A stretch of DNA of 64,000 nucleotides. It comes from Acidobacteriota bacterium. GTDB taxonomy: Bacteria > Acidobacteriota > Blastocatellia > Pyrinomonadales > Pyrinomonadaceae. Below, piece after piece: positions 19,936 to 29,500 of this stretch (the first letter of the stretch is position 1; each line of letters opens with the position of its first letter). The stretch lies in assembly GCA_040002755.1 (NCBI GenBank), contig JBDUDV010000004.1, positions 4,004 to 68,003 on the forward strand. Direction: 5' to 3'. Made by a program: the position numbers and the translations under genes. The notes below the pieces were generated by a model that saw only the letters and a program-made list of their open reading frames with translations, did no database searches and was not told where the DNA came from.

Positions 19936-20090
19936 GGCGGGCAACGCCCGCCTGCGGAGGCCACTTTGTCCGATCGTGACCTGGCGCCGGCACGGTTAGC
20001 CTGAAGCAATTGCAAAAAATAGGGTGAAGCCGCCCATTGGGCCAAAGCGGCGACAGGTCGCTGCACTCCAAGGAGCCGCCTCGTTCCAGA
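19936..20090. repeat. REP-like element in the phoB-phoR spacer (GC hairpin ggcgggcaacgcccgcc plus 'ccaaagcggcgacaggtcgctgcactccaaggag' unit)
   Basis: The unit at 20041-20074 is about 29/33 identical to the reverse complement of 24528-24560 in the pstS-pstC spacer. It also shares 'tgggccaaag(c/t)ggcgacagg' with 24621-24640. Its translation gives the spurious '...LECSDLSPLW...' ORF (19922-20113). Confidence 0.7.
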
Positions 20091-20137
20091 CCGGTGGGGA
20101 CTTGTTGAGACATTCCTGAAGCTTATCGGTCAAAACT

Positions 20138-20833
20138 CTAGGCAGCGCGCTGACAGCCGACGAAACGGTAGCCGACGCCGACGACAGTTTCAATGCAATC
20201 GCCGCATTCGCCGAGCTTCTGCCTGAGGCGACGGATGTGAACGTCGAGAGTGCGCGCGTCGCCGTAATAGCTGTAGCCCCAAACGTTATCAAGCAACTGC
20301 TGGCGAGTGATCACACGGTCGGCACTCTTGGCCATCACCGACAAGAGACTGAATTCCTTGTTTGTCAGTTTCACTTTCTGTCCATGGCAGACTACGCGGA
20401 TGTCGTCGAAATCGATCAGCAGGTGATCGTCTTCGTAAGTTTTTCCGCTGGTCTCGTCCATGCGTCGCATGACGGCGCGCACGCGTGCCAGCAGCTCCCT
20501 TACTGAAAATGGTTTCGTGATGTAATCGTCAGCGCCGAGATCCAATCCCGCAACTCGATCTGACTCAGAAGCCTTAGCCGTCAACATGATGATTGGTGTG
20601 CGACGAGTTGCGGGTTCTCTACGCAGGCGCCGGCACAACTCGGTGCCGCTCATTCCCGGCAACATGAGATCCAGAATTATCAGCGACGGCGGTTCACGCT
20701 CACTGAGGGCGGCGCTCAATCCTGCTTCGCCGGTCAGGGCTGTGATGGCCGGGAATCCTTCGCGCTCGAAGTTGTACTTCAAACTCTCCGAGATGTCTGG
20801 GTCATCTTCAATGATTAGGATTGGTCGTGTCAT
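20138..20833 (-). CDS. phoB: Phosphate-regulon response regulator PhoB (OmpR family)
   Basis: REC 'ILIIEDDPDI...LIILDLMLPGMSG...TAK'. Winged helix 'LTNKEFSLLSVMAKSADRVITRQQLLDNVWG...RTLDVHIRRLRQKL...IETVVGVGYRF'. Confidence 0.9.
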   Translation of the reverse strand: MTRPILIIEDDPDISESLKYNFEREGFPAITALTGEAGLSAALSEREPPSLIILDLMLPGMSGTELCRRLRREPATRRTPIIMLTAKASESDRVAGLDLGADDYITKPFSVRELLARVRAVMRRMDETSGKTYEDDHLLIDFDDIRVVCHGQKVKLTNKEFSLLSVMAKSADRVITRQQLLDNVWGYSYYGDARTLDVHIRRLRQKLGECGDCIETVVGVGYRFVGCQRAA

Positions 20834-20848
20834 GTTTGTAGGACCGAC

Positions 20849-20905
20849 ATGCTTGTCGGTCCGCTTTTCAACTTCGCTTCAAGACTGGCAGGAGTGTCTG
20901 TCCTA
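20849..20905. repeat. REP-like element in the phoU-phoB spacer: perfect hairpin GGACCGACA-tgct-TGTCGGTCC plus 'ggcaggagtgtctgtcctac' unit
   Basis: A 9-bp perfect stem lies at about 20851-20872. The second unit resembles the arms at 59083-59145 ('ttcctgcctgtcc / ggacagacaggaa'). Confidence 0.6.
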
Positions 20906-21562
20906 CTTGAAGTGTTTGATAAAAGCGGCTTCAGCCATGTAGACGGTCAATTCGCATATATCGGTCACGTAGTCGCCGATGCGCTCAAGGTGCTTCGCCA
21001 CAAAAAGCAGTCGCGCGTCGCGGGTCGCCGTGGCCGGTTCGGTCACCATCATTTCGATCAAACGGTGAAAAATGTGGTTGTAGAGTTCATTGATCTCGGC
21101 ATCGCTTTGAATGACCTCGCGCGCCGCAATCGCGTCGCCGGCCGTGAAAACATCGAGGGCCGCTCGTAACATCCGGAGCGCGTGTTCGGCCATGCGTTGC
21201 AAATCAACAACTGACTTCAACTCTGGTTCGTTATTGAGATCGATAGCCACGCGCGCAATGTTGGCCGCGTGATCAGCGATGCGTTCCAGTACCGGCGCCA
21301 TCTTCGCAACAGATATAACGAAACGAAGATCACGCGCCGCCGGTTGCCGCAGGGCGATGATATCGATGCACTGACGATCAACTTCAACTTCAAGTTGATC
21401 AATTTTGTCGTCCTGTTCGAGGACCTGGCGCGCGAGATCGCTGTCGCGTTCCAGCAACGCCTTCATCGCTCGCTCAAGTGCCGTCTCGGCTTCTCCGCCC
21501 AACAGTAAGACGCGGTCGCGAAGCGAGTCGAGTTCGTCGTCAAGATGTCTGTGGTAATCCAT
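20903..21562 (-). CDS. phoU: Phosphate signalling complex protein PhoU
   Basis: Two PhoU repeats with 'D..ID..E' / 'ERIGDH(Y)' motifs ('LERIADHAANIA', 'LERIGDYVTDI'). It follows pstB. Confidence 0.92.
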   Translation of the reverse strand: MDYHRHLDDELDSLRDRVLLLGGEAETALERAMKALLERDSDLARQVLEQDDKIDQLEVEVDRQCIDIIALRQPAARDLRFVISVAKMAPVLERIADHAANIARVAIDLNNEPELKSVVDLQRMAEHALRMLRAALDVFTAGDAIAAREVIQSDAEINELYNHIFHRLIEMMVTEPATATRDARLLFVAKHLERIGDYVTDICELTVYMAEAAFIKHFK

Positions 21563-21571
21563 AATCGTTTG

Positions 21572-21673
21572 GTACTTTGTGCTAGGTGCTTGAACTCTGT
21601 TTCTGGTCTTTGGCCTTTGCTCTCTGAATTTGTGCTATCGCCGCTTCGAAGTTCAGAGTACTAAGAACAAAGA
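21572..21673. repeat. Heptad-word imperfect inverted repeat in the pstB-phoU spacer
   Basis: Words 'ctttggc ctttgct ctctgaa' face 'agttcag agtacta agaacaa agag'. 'ctctgaa' pairs with 'ttcagag', and the outer arms are approximately complementary. This element is weaker than the others. Confidence 0.4.
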
Positions 21674-21679
21674 GCATTT

Positions 21680-22519
21680 TTAACCAAATCTTCCCGTTAT
21701 GTAGTCTTCCGTCAACTTCTCGTCGGGATTAGTAAACATCTTCTCAGTCGAGTTCACCTCAATAAGTTTGCCCAGCAGGAAGAAGGCTGTCATGTTGGAA
21801 ACGCGTGCTGCCTGTTGCATGTTGTGCGTCACGATCACGATGGTGTACTGCTTCTTCAATTCGACGATCAGTTCCTCGATTTTGTGTGTGGCGACCGGAT
21901 CCAGCGCCGACGCCGGCTCGTCCATCAATACTACCTCAGGCCGAATGGCCAGCGCTCGCGCAATGCACAATCGTTGCTGCTGACCGCCGGACAGACTCAG
22001 CGCCGAACTTTTCAAGCGGTCCTTCACTTCATTCCAAAGCGCAGCGTCGCGGAGCGCCTGCTCGACGCGCTCCGCCAGTTCGGCCTTGCTCGCAGTCAGA
22101 CCGTTTATTCGTAAACCGTAGGCGACGTTATCAAAAATCGACTTGGGAAACGGGTTCGACTTCTGAAACACCATCCCCACTTTCCTTCGCAGCTCAACCA
22201 CATCCGTGCCGGGACGATAGATATCGACGCCGTCCATCAACACTTCTCCCGCGACGCGTGTTCCGGGGATAACGTCGTTCATCCGGTTCAGCGTACGCAG
22301 GAATGTAGACTTGCCACAGCCCGACGGGCCAATGAAGGCCATCACTATGCGTTCAGGAATTTGCAGCGACACGCTTTGGAGTGCCTGAGTCTTGCCGTAA
22401 TAAAAATCGAGATTGCTCACCGCGATCTTCGCCGCGTCTCCCACTCGCGGAGAATCATGGACGCCTGTGAGTTCAGGGACTTTCAATCTCGGTGCAGGTA
22501 TTGGTGCGGATGTCGACAT
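21680..22519 (-). CDS. pstB: Phosphate ABC transporter ATP-binding protein PstB
   Basis: Walker A 'GPSGCGKST', signature '[14 protein letters not shown]', Walker B '[12 protein letters not shown]'. The PstB-typical N-terminal region is present. Confidence 0.97.
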   Translation of the reverse strand: MSTSAPIPAPRLKVPELTGVHDSPRVGDAAKIAVSNLDFYYGKTQALQSVSLQIPERIVMAFIGPSGCGKSTFLRTLNRMNDVIPGTRVAGEVLMDGVDIYRPGTDVVELRRKVGMVFQKSNPFPKSIFDNVAYGLRINGLTASKAELAERVEQALRDAALWNEVKDRLKSSALSLSGGQQQRLCIARALAIRPEVVLMDEPASALDPVATHKIEELIVELKKQYTIVIVTHNMQQAARVSNMTAFFLLGKLIEVNSTEKMFTNPDEKLTEDYITGRFG

Positions 22520-22561
22520 TCTTAAGTCTTGGATTTCAAATTACAAACTTCGATCTCGGAA

Positions 22562-23395
22562 TCAAAACTTCCTGCGGGTCAGAAAGCGGACGGCGATATT
22601 GATCGAAAGGATCAGGGCCATCAACACCAGCGTCGCTGCCCATGCTTGTGCGTGCCATTCGTCATAGGGCGAAATTGCATAGTTATAGATCTGTACCGTG
22701 AGCGATGCGATCGGCTGATCGAAATAGTAGCTGAAAAAGCGGCTGCCAAAGGCTGTAAACAACAACGGCGCGGTTTCGCCCGAGATGCGCGCGATAGCCA
22801 GCATTGCGCCGGTTGCAATTCCGGAAGCGGCCGCTGGAACTATGACGCCCAGGGTCACCCGCCATTGCGGCGCGCCCAACGCCAACGCGCCTTCGCGCAA
22901 ACTGTGCGGGACGAGCTTGATCATTTCCTCGGTGGTACGGGCCACAATCGGGATCATTATCAGCGCCAGCGCGATGCCACCGGCGAGTGCGGAGAAATGT
23001 TTCAGCGGCACCACGACGATTGTGTAAACGAAGACACCAGTAACGATCGACGGAATGCCCGTCAATGTGTCCACCAGGAACCTAACCAGGCTGCCGAAGC
23101 GTCCGCTGCCAAATTCAGAAAGATAAATACCGACAGCAATTCCGAAAGGCATGCCGATCGCCGACGAAAGCGCGAGCAGCATCAAAGTGCCCATGATCGC
23201 GTTACGAATGCCGCCGCCTTCACCGACCGGTCGCGGATCATTCGTAAGGAAACCGAGGCTGAGTGCGCTAATTCCCTGGGTAGCAATGTAGGTGAGAATG
23301 ATCAAGAGAACGCCAATCGCCACGACGGTGCAAAGCGCCGTTAGCGATGTCATCGTCGCACTCGTGGTGCGGCGTATCTGATCAACTCTTCGCAT
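22562..23395 (-). CDS. pstA: Phosphate ABC transporter permease PstA
   Basis: Six-TM permease with the EAA-type loop 'REGALALGAPQWRVTLGVIVPAA'. It lies between pstC and pstB. Confidence 0.93.
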   Translation of the reverse strand: MRRVDQIRRTTSATMTSLTALCTVVAIGVLLIILTYIATQGISALSLGFLTNDPRPVGEGGGIRNAIMGTLMLLALSSAIGMPFGIAVGIYLSEFGSGRFGSLVRFLVDTLTGIPSIVTGVFVYTIVVVPLKHFSALAGGIALALIMIPIVARTTEEMIKLVPHSLREGALALGAPQWRVTLGVIVPAAASGIATGAMLAIARISGETAPLLFTAFGSRFFSYYFDQPIASLTVQIYNYAISPYDEWHAQAWAATLVLMALILSINIAVRFLTRRKF

Positions 23396-23406
23396 CTCTA
23401 ATTATC

Positions 23407-23485
23407 GAAGTTCAAGTTCCAGGTCTCAAGTTGCAAGTTTTCTCTTGACCTGAAACTTGAAACTCGAAACTTTTGACTTGAAACC
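23407..23485. repeat. Heptad-word inverted repeat in the pstC-pstA spacer (clearest example)
   Basis: Read in 7-nt steps: 'aagttca agttcca ggtctca agttgca agttttc tcttgac ctgaaac ttgaaac tcgaaac ttttgac ttgaaac'. That is 4-5 copies of AGTTnCA followed by 5 copies of its complement nTGAAAC. Confidence 0.7.
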
Positions 23486-23489
23486 GCTT

Positions 23490-24485
23490 TCAGACCGCGC
23501 TGCCAAGTCCGCTCGTCTTGCGCGTCACGTTCCAAACCAAAATTCTAGCGAGTGCATTTACTACAAACGTGACGAAGAACAGGATCAACCCGAGCTCCAC
23601 AAGGGCGCTGAGATAAAGGTCCTGCGTTGCTTCGGTAAACTCGTTGGCGATTGCCGAGGCGATCGTGTACGACGAATCAAATAGCGAGGCGCTGATGTGC
23701 GCGCGGTTGCCAATCACCATGGTCACAGCCATCGTCTCGCCAATCGCGCGGCCTAACCCGAGTATCACGGCGCCGGCAATGCCGGGTGCGCCGTTTACCA
23801 AAACCACGCGCGTTGTCTCCCACCTGGTTGCGCCCAATGCGAGCGCCGCCTCTCGTTGTGAACCCGGCACTGCCGCCAGTACGTCACGCACCACCGCCGA
23901 AATAATCGGCGTGACCATGATCGCGAGAATGATGCCGCCCGTAAGTAAACCGATCCCGGTGATCGGCCCTTTGAAAAGTGGCAGCCAGCCGACCCATCGT
24001 TGCAGTGTTGGGTCGACGTGAACGCGCAGAAACGGGGCTAGCACAAAAATCCCCCATAGTCCGTAAACCACCGAGGGAATCGCCGCCAACAGTTCAACGA
24101 GGAACGCTAACGGACGAGCAAGACTCTGCGGCGCTTGCTCTACCAGAAAAATTGCAATCCCTAGCGACAGCGGCACGGCTATCACCAGAGCTATTAACGA
24201 AGACACGACTGTGCCGTAAATAAACGCCAGCGCTCCGAATTGACTCTTCACCGGATCCCAATCCGTGCCGGATAGAAACCGTAAGCCAAACTGGTTGATT
24301 GAGAGTCTTGACTTATAAGCGAGAGCGCCGATCATCGCCCCCACGATCACGAGCATCAGCGTCGCGGCGCCCAACAACAGCAGGCGAAATATCGCATCAC
24401 CCGTGTTGCCGGTGGGCGAGAGCGCGCGTCGTAAATCGGCAAGAGTTTTATTTCCCAGCGGACGTGACTTAATGGTTTCTTCCAT
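23490..24485 (-). CDS. pstC: Phosphate ABC transporter permease PstC
   Basis: Polytopic permease with 'REAALALGATRWETTRVVLV' EAA loop. It follows pstS. Confidence 0.93.
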   Translation of the reverse strand: MEETIKSRPLGNKTLADLRRALSPTGNTGDAIFRLLLLGAATLMLVIVGAMIGALAYKSRLSINQFGLRFLSGTDWDPVKSQFGALAFIYGTVVSSLIALVIAVPLSLGIAIFLVEQAPQSLARPLAFLVELLAAIPSVVYGLWGIFVLAPFLRVHVDPTLQRWVGWLPLFKGPITGIGLLTGGIILAIMVTPIISAVVRDVLAAVPGSQREAALALGATRWETTRVVLVNGAPGIAGAVILGLGRAIGETMAVTMVIGNRAHISASLFDSSYTIASAIANEFTEATQDLYLSALVELGLILFFVTFVVNALARILVWNVTRKTSGLGSAV

Positions 24486-24520
24486 CTCAGCGACGGCTAA
24501 AGACAGCCGTGAAATCCGGC

Positions 24521-24690
24521 GCGCCTCTTTGGAGTGCGGTGACCTGTCACCGCTTTGGTCGGCGGCGACCTGTCGCGGTCCCCGTTGAGACTATCAAGAG
24601 AGTAGGGCGTCAAGCCGCCCTGGGCCAAAGTGGCGACAGGCGGGGCCCCGGCGCGGCAGCCACGTCCCCGCGCTCCAAAGAGTCGTCACC
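24521..24690. repeat. Pair of inverted REP-like units filling the pstS-pstC spacer
   Basis: Unit a (about 24526-24570) is 'ctctttggagtgcggtgacctgtcaccgctttgg...'. Unit b (about 24618-24684) is '...ccaaagtggcgacagg...gcgctccaaagag'. The two are inverted relative to each other and belong to the same family as 20034-20080. They generate the spurious ORFs 24403-24588 ('LECGDLSPLW') and 24509-24811. Confidence 0.7.
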
Positions 24691-24693
24691 TGC

Positions 24694-25776
24694 CTACCTT
24701 AATGGCTTTCCACCCGAAGTGATGGAATTGATTTTAGCTTCCGCGCGCTTCACGATTTCGGCAGGCAGCGGCGCGTATTGCAAGTCTTTTGCATGCTGTT
24801 CGCCGTCGTGAATTCCCCACCAGAGAAAATCAACCAACGCCTTGCCCTTGTCCGCGTTCTTCTGGTCCTTGTACGCAAGGATGTAGGTGTAGCTGGAGAT
24901 CGGATAGGCATTCTGGCCGGCTGAATTTGTGATCGACACTCGCAGGTCGTCCGGCGTTTGCGCCGAAGCGGAAGCTGCCGCCGCGGTTACTGCATCGATT
25001 GACGGTTCCACAAACTTTCCGCTCGCATTCCTGATCAGCGCCACGGGAAGTTTGTTCTGCACCGCATACGCCAACTCAACATAACCAATCGTGTTTGGCT
25101 GTTGCTTGATTTGCCCGGTGACTCCTTCGTTACCTTTACCGCCCTGGCCGACCGGCCACTTAGGCGACTTATCAGTGCCGACAGTCGTTTTCCATTCCGG
25201 GCTCACTTTTGAAAGATAATCGGTGAACACGTAGGTCGTGCCGCTGCCGTCAGAGCGATGCACGGTAGTGATATCCGTCGCCGGCAGGTTGATGCCGGTG
25301 TTGTCTTGCTTAATTCTCGGGTCATCCCACTTCTTGATCTTGCCGAGGAAAATGTCAGCGATGACTTCCGGAGAAAGGTGCAGCGGCTCGGTAACAGATG
25401 CAACGTTGTAGGTGACGACAACAGCGCCCAACACTGTCGGGATATGCAGCAACTCGCCGGGGGCAGCTTTCAAATCTGCGTCACTCATCGGAGCGTCCGA
25501 GGCGCCAAAGTCAACCGTCTGTGCCTGGATCTGTTTAATCCCGCCGCCGGATCCGATTGACTGATAATCGATGCGCACATTCGGGTTGGCCTTGCCGTAT
25601 TCGCTGACCCACTTTTGGTAAAGCGGATTAGGAAACGTTGCACCGGCGCCTTGCAGAGTTATCGCTCCGCCTGGCCCTCCGCTTCCGCTTTGACCACTAC
25701 AGGACGACCCAATTACAGCCAACGCCAATATTAAGATCGAAATTAAGGTTGTAGATTTTTGCTTGAACACGGACAT
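24694..25776 (-). CDS. pstS: Phosphate ABC transporter substrate-binding protein PstS (lipoprotein-like)
   Basis: Signal/lipobox 'LALAVIGSSCSG'. PstS motifs 'GAGATFPNPLYQKW', 'YQSIGSGGGI', 'DFGASDAPM' and 'RSDGSGTT'. SD GAGGA lies 8 nt upstream of the ATG. Confidence 0.95.
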   Translation of the reverse strand: MSVFKQKSTTLISILILALAVIGSSCSGQSGSGGPGGAITLQGAGATFPNPLYQKWVSEYGKANPNVRIDYQSIGSGGGIKQIQAQTVDFGASDAPMSDADLKAAPGELLHIPTVLGAVVVTYNVASVTEPLHLSPEVIADIFLGKIKKWDDPRIKQDNTGINLPATDITTVHRSDGSGTTYVFTDYLSKVSPEWKTTVGTDKSPKWPVGQGGKGNEGVTGQIKQQPNTIGYVELAYAVQNKLPVALIRNASGKFVEPSIDAVTAAAASASAQTPDDLRVSITNSAGQNAYPISSYTYILAYKDQKNADKGKALVDFLWWGIHDGEQHAKDLQYAPLPAEIVKRAEAKINSITSGGKPLR

Positions 25777-25831
25777 AATTTTTCCTCAAATAGACAGGCA
25801 AGAGTCGTGGAATAGCAGCCCACTCTAGTTA

Positions 25832-25875
25832 GCCGATGTTACGTTTATCTGAACGACGCCTGAACTTTATGTTAA
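25832..25875 (-). promoter_or_regulatory. Pho-box array upstream of pstS: four 11-bp-phased direct repeats
   Basis: The minus strand reads 'TTAACAtaaag TTCAGGcgtcg TTCAGAtaaac GTAACAtcggc' with exact 11-nt phasing. It is followed immediately by 'TAACTA' as a candidate -10, and it ends 55 nt upstream of the pstS ATG. The hexamers resemble the TT(A/T/C)ACA PhoP/PhoB-type half-sites. Confidence 0.6.
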
Positions 25876-26080
25876 GCATGAGCCTCTGAAGACCGAGGTA
25901 GCATGTAAGGCCGCCGGGATTAGAGTTTGGAAAGCCGTCGCGAATCCGAGATTGGCTTTGAAGGGAGGGATGGAGCCCCGAAGACGGCCTTCAGGGTCAC
26001 AAACGTTGTCATCTGCGAAGCGAGGCCGCGACCGTCGAGTCCAGACGCAGCGTCACAAAAATGCCCACTAAATAGATTCG

Positions 26081-26428
26081 TCAACCGATAATTAGCCTGT
26101 AGCCGACGTTGACCATCGTCTCAATTTGCAATTTGTGAGGTGCGATCTTGTGACGAAGTCGGTAGACATATACGTGGAGGCTTTCCATGTTCACGGGCTT
26201 GTCGTTGCCCCACGCGTATTGCCAGAGTTCTTCGGATAGGACAATCCTGTCGGGCGAACGCACCAAGCGAGACAGGATCAAGAATTCGGTGCGTGGCAAC
26301 TTTAGAGATTGACCACCGCAGGCAACGTAATAGCTCTTGTGCTCAACTCGCAGATAGCCATCGTCATACACATCTTCTATGACGGGCGGGTCCTTGCTCT
26401 CAGTAAGGGACATCTCTGTTGTTGACAT
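26081..26428 (-). CDS. Stand-alone OmpR/PhoB-type winged-helix DNA-binding protein (Trans_reg_C only, no receiver domain)
   Basis: 115 aa. 'LKLPRTEFLILSRLVRSPDRIVLSEELWQYAWGNDKPVNMESLHVYVYRLRHKIAPHKLQIETMVNVGYRLI' is a complete Trans_reg_C domain. The approximately 40-aa N-terminus has no REC features. Confidence 0.8.
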   Translation of the reverse strand: MSTTEMSLTESKDPPVIEDVYDDGYLRVEHKSYYVACGGQSLKLPRTEFLILSRLVRSPDRIVLSEELWQYAWGNDKPVNMESLHVYVYRLRHKIAPHKLQIETMVNVGYRLIIG

Positions 26429-26458
26429 ATTCGATGCTTGAAACCCGCAAACTGCCCA

Positions 26459-26507
26459 ACGTACTTCAGCTGTTGCTGCCCGGGTGTCGTGCGCCGCCGA
26501 AGTACGT
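26459..26507 (-). other. 9-bp stem hairpin between the TonB-receptor gene and the wHTH gene
   Basis: 'acgtacttc' (26459-26467) pairs with 'gaagtacgt' (26499-26507). The loop is 31 nt and there is no T-tract. Confidence 0.4.
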
Positions 26508-26519
26508 CCGACAATTCGT

Positions 26520-29500
26520 TTAGAAGTTCAACCGCAGCGCAAACTGAATCTGGCGACTTGTGCCCAGACCCACATCACGAACAACTGTTTGGCGCAGCAG
26601 ACCGAAGGGTCCGCCAGCGGCGCTCTGCGTATATGGCTGTCCGGGCTGAACGTTGGCGCCGGCTACAGTATAGACACCGCCCGCGAAGGCGACCGTCGGC
26701 AATGCCAGATTCAACCGTGAACCAGGGACGTCGAAGTTTGCCCGATTGAAGAGATTGAAAACTTCCGTCCTGAATTCCAGGTTGGTGGTCTCCGAGAACT
26801 TGAAGCGCTTATTGAAGATCATGTCAAACTGCCGGAAGCTTGGACCGCGCAGGAAATTTCTCGGTACATTTCCGAAGGTTCCCGGAGCGGGCGTGGTGAA
26901 TGCAGCCGGATTCAAAATCAAGCGATCATTCGTCAAATACGGGCTCACGCCGGGGACGAGATTGGGACGGCGCACATTTCGCGAAGCACCGCCGCCCGGT
27001 GTATTAACAACGGCCGCAAAACCCGGCGGCAGAGGATTCGCCGCTAGCTGGGCAACAAAACCGGTAGGTAGAGTTCCACAGCCAGCCGGATTCACGCACT
27101 GCATTACTACGTCAGGGCGAACGATGCCAATCTCAAGCGGCAGTCCGGAGCGGGCGTTCACAATTGCGCCGATCTCCCAATCGCCGAGGATCGCGTTGCC
27201 TACGCTGCCGAAATCATGCTTCTTGTTTTTGCCGAAAGGCAGATCGTAGATAGCGCTAAAGTTAAAGCTGTGGCGAACATCGAAATTGTTATCGCCGATA
27301 TCGTAGTTGTAATCAGATATAGCTCGCGCGTTGTTGGCCGCAGTGCGAGCTTCATTCGATCCTGAGGTGTTGCCAAACGAGTGGGCGAAAGTGTACTGCG
27401 AGTTCAATGTGACGCCCGAACTGAGCCGGCGGGTGAGCGAAAGCTGTAGTGCCTTGTAACTGTCACGGCCGCCACTGGTTTTGTAGTCTACTTCGGCGTA
27501 CGGCTGTTGTAGGGTTGAAGTGCCGGAGATGATTGAAAACTCCCGCACGGCCTGAGTGACGGCAACGACCTGTCCCGGACAAATTCCATTCACCGGATCC
27601 ACGTTGCAGCGGTTAATAACACCGAAACCTGACGGCAGAGGTGTTCCATTCAGTATGGTTGTCTGTCCCGGCAGAATCCGGTTCGCCACACTACGGAGGA
27701 AAAGATTCCGCCCCTGCGATCCTACGAATCCAGCAGTAAATATCGTCTGGTAGGGCAACTGTTGCTGCAAGGAGAAACCGTATTGGTAGATCTTTTCGGG
27801 GACAGTGTATTCATTCGCATACGCGCGCGGCTGATAAGCCCGAATGTTTGGGTTGTTGAAGTTGGCGGCGATCAGAGCGGGGTCCTGTGGATAGGACAAT
27901 ACTGTACCGGCAGGTGGGGTCAGCGTTGAGCTAATGCGATTGGACTCAATCGGCTGAACCAGATCTTCAGTTTGGCCGGGACCGTAATAGATGCCGAAGC
28001 CGCCGCGTAGCACCGTGTTGCCTCCAGAGAAGAAGCCAGCGCCAGTCGGATTCGGGGACCACGTCAGCGCAACGCGGGGGCCGAAGTTCTTTTTGGACGA
28101 GTGATACGGGTTTTCGCTCGAATTGCGCAAAACCCCGGTGTCGATGTTGAAATATATTTGGCGGTTGTTGGCCTCTTTTAGAGGCGAGTAATACTCGTAG
28201 CGAAGACCATAGCTTAGGGTAAGGCCGGGTTTGATCTTCCACTCGTCCTGTGCGTACGCAATGTCATAAGTCTGCTTCGCAAGAGCGACGCCAGTCGAAC
28301 CGTTAAAGAATGGTGACGGCGCTGAAAGATCGCCGAGCAGTTGTGTTGACTGCAACGAATTTGCCAGAAAGTTATTGACGCTTGAGAAGGTGTAAGTGAC
28401 TCCGCCCTGTCGGTCAGTGTACAGGCGAATCGCGCGAATTTCGCCGCCGAATTTGATGTTGTGATTGCCATGAGTCCAGCTCAGACTGTCGATGAACGAA
28501 ACCGAGTAAGGCGTGTACGGTTGACCGCGGCCGTTCTGCGCACTATTGGCTCGAATCAGTCCGCCGGGCACCGCCACTCCCGCATTGGATCCCTGACCGG
28601 GAAGAGCAAACCCGGCAACGCTGCCGGCGATGTTGAATGATAAATTCGATAAGTCGATTCCGTTTACCGTGGGCGCGTTCGCGACAATGCGCGAGTAAGC
28701 GCCGTTATAGCCAATCTTGAATTCATTAAGCAGAGTAGAGCTTAAAATTGACTGCAGGGCCCATACGCCATTTTGCGGAATTTGGCGAATGACGATGCGT
28801 CTGCCGGTGACGCCGTCGGGTTGACTATTAAAAGCCTGATCGCGGAAGAACCTGAAATAGGTCGAATGCTTCGCATTCAGTTTTAGGTCCAGACGCAAGG
28901 CCGCTGATGTTTCATTTACGATATTGCTGTCTTGTAGCTGCACCGTGTCGAACAGGTCAGGTCCAGTCCGCAGGGTTACGACGCTTGGGGCGCGGAACGC
29001 CGGAATGAGGGCGGCCGTGGCTGCATTGCAAGTCACGCCGCCAGAGCCGAGCGGGGGAGCACAAATCCGCGATGCCAAACCAGGCACCGCCTCGATAGCA
29101 TTAACGCCTCCCCGCAACCGATAGCCTTCAGTCGAGAAAAAGAAGAACGCCTTGTCTTTCTTGATTGGACCACCGATCGAACCACCGAACTGGTTCAACC
29201 TCAACTTGCTTTTTTTCCCAATGATGTTGTCGAAGAAGTTGGCTGCGTCCAGCGCGTCATTACGGAAATACTCAAACAATGAACCGTGATATTGGTTGCT
29301 GCCAGACTTGGTAACAACACTGATTTGGCCGCCAGTTCCCGTGCCAAACTCGGCCGGATAGTTATTTGAATCCACGCGAAATTCCTGAACGTTCTCGAGG
29401 GAAGACTGGAGTCGGAAAGGAGTGGGTATCTCGCCGTTCAAGTTGCCCGGCGATGTATCAATGATCGCGGTGCCCTCGATCCCGTCAAAGCGAATCTCGT

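Noticed and set aside
19922-20113. 63-100 aa ORFs at 19922-20113, 19996-20292, 24403-24588, 24509-24811 and 20586-20942.
   Set aside because: They are translations of REP-like palindromic units ('LECSDLSPLW', 'LECGDLSPLW', 'QECLSY') located in operon spacers. They have no start context and run across hairpins.
22529-23344. 271-aa plus-strand ORF antisense to pstA. Similar long antisense ORFs lie at 62679-63392, 12784-13461, 5624-6352, 48011-48580, 38333-38920, 52107-52619 and 794-1870.
   Set aside because: Each lies wholly inside a gene with unmistakable family motifs on the other strand or frame. Each has Arg/Ser/Pro/Gly-rich, motif-free translations typical of shadow ORFs in moderately GC-rich DNA.
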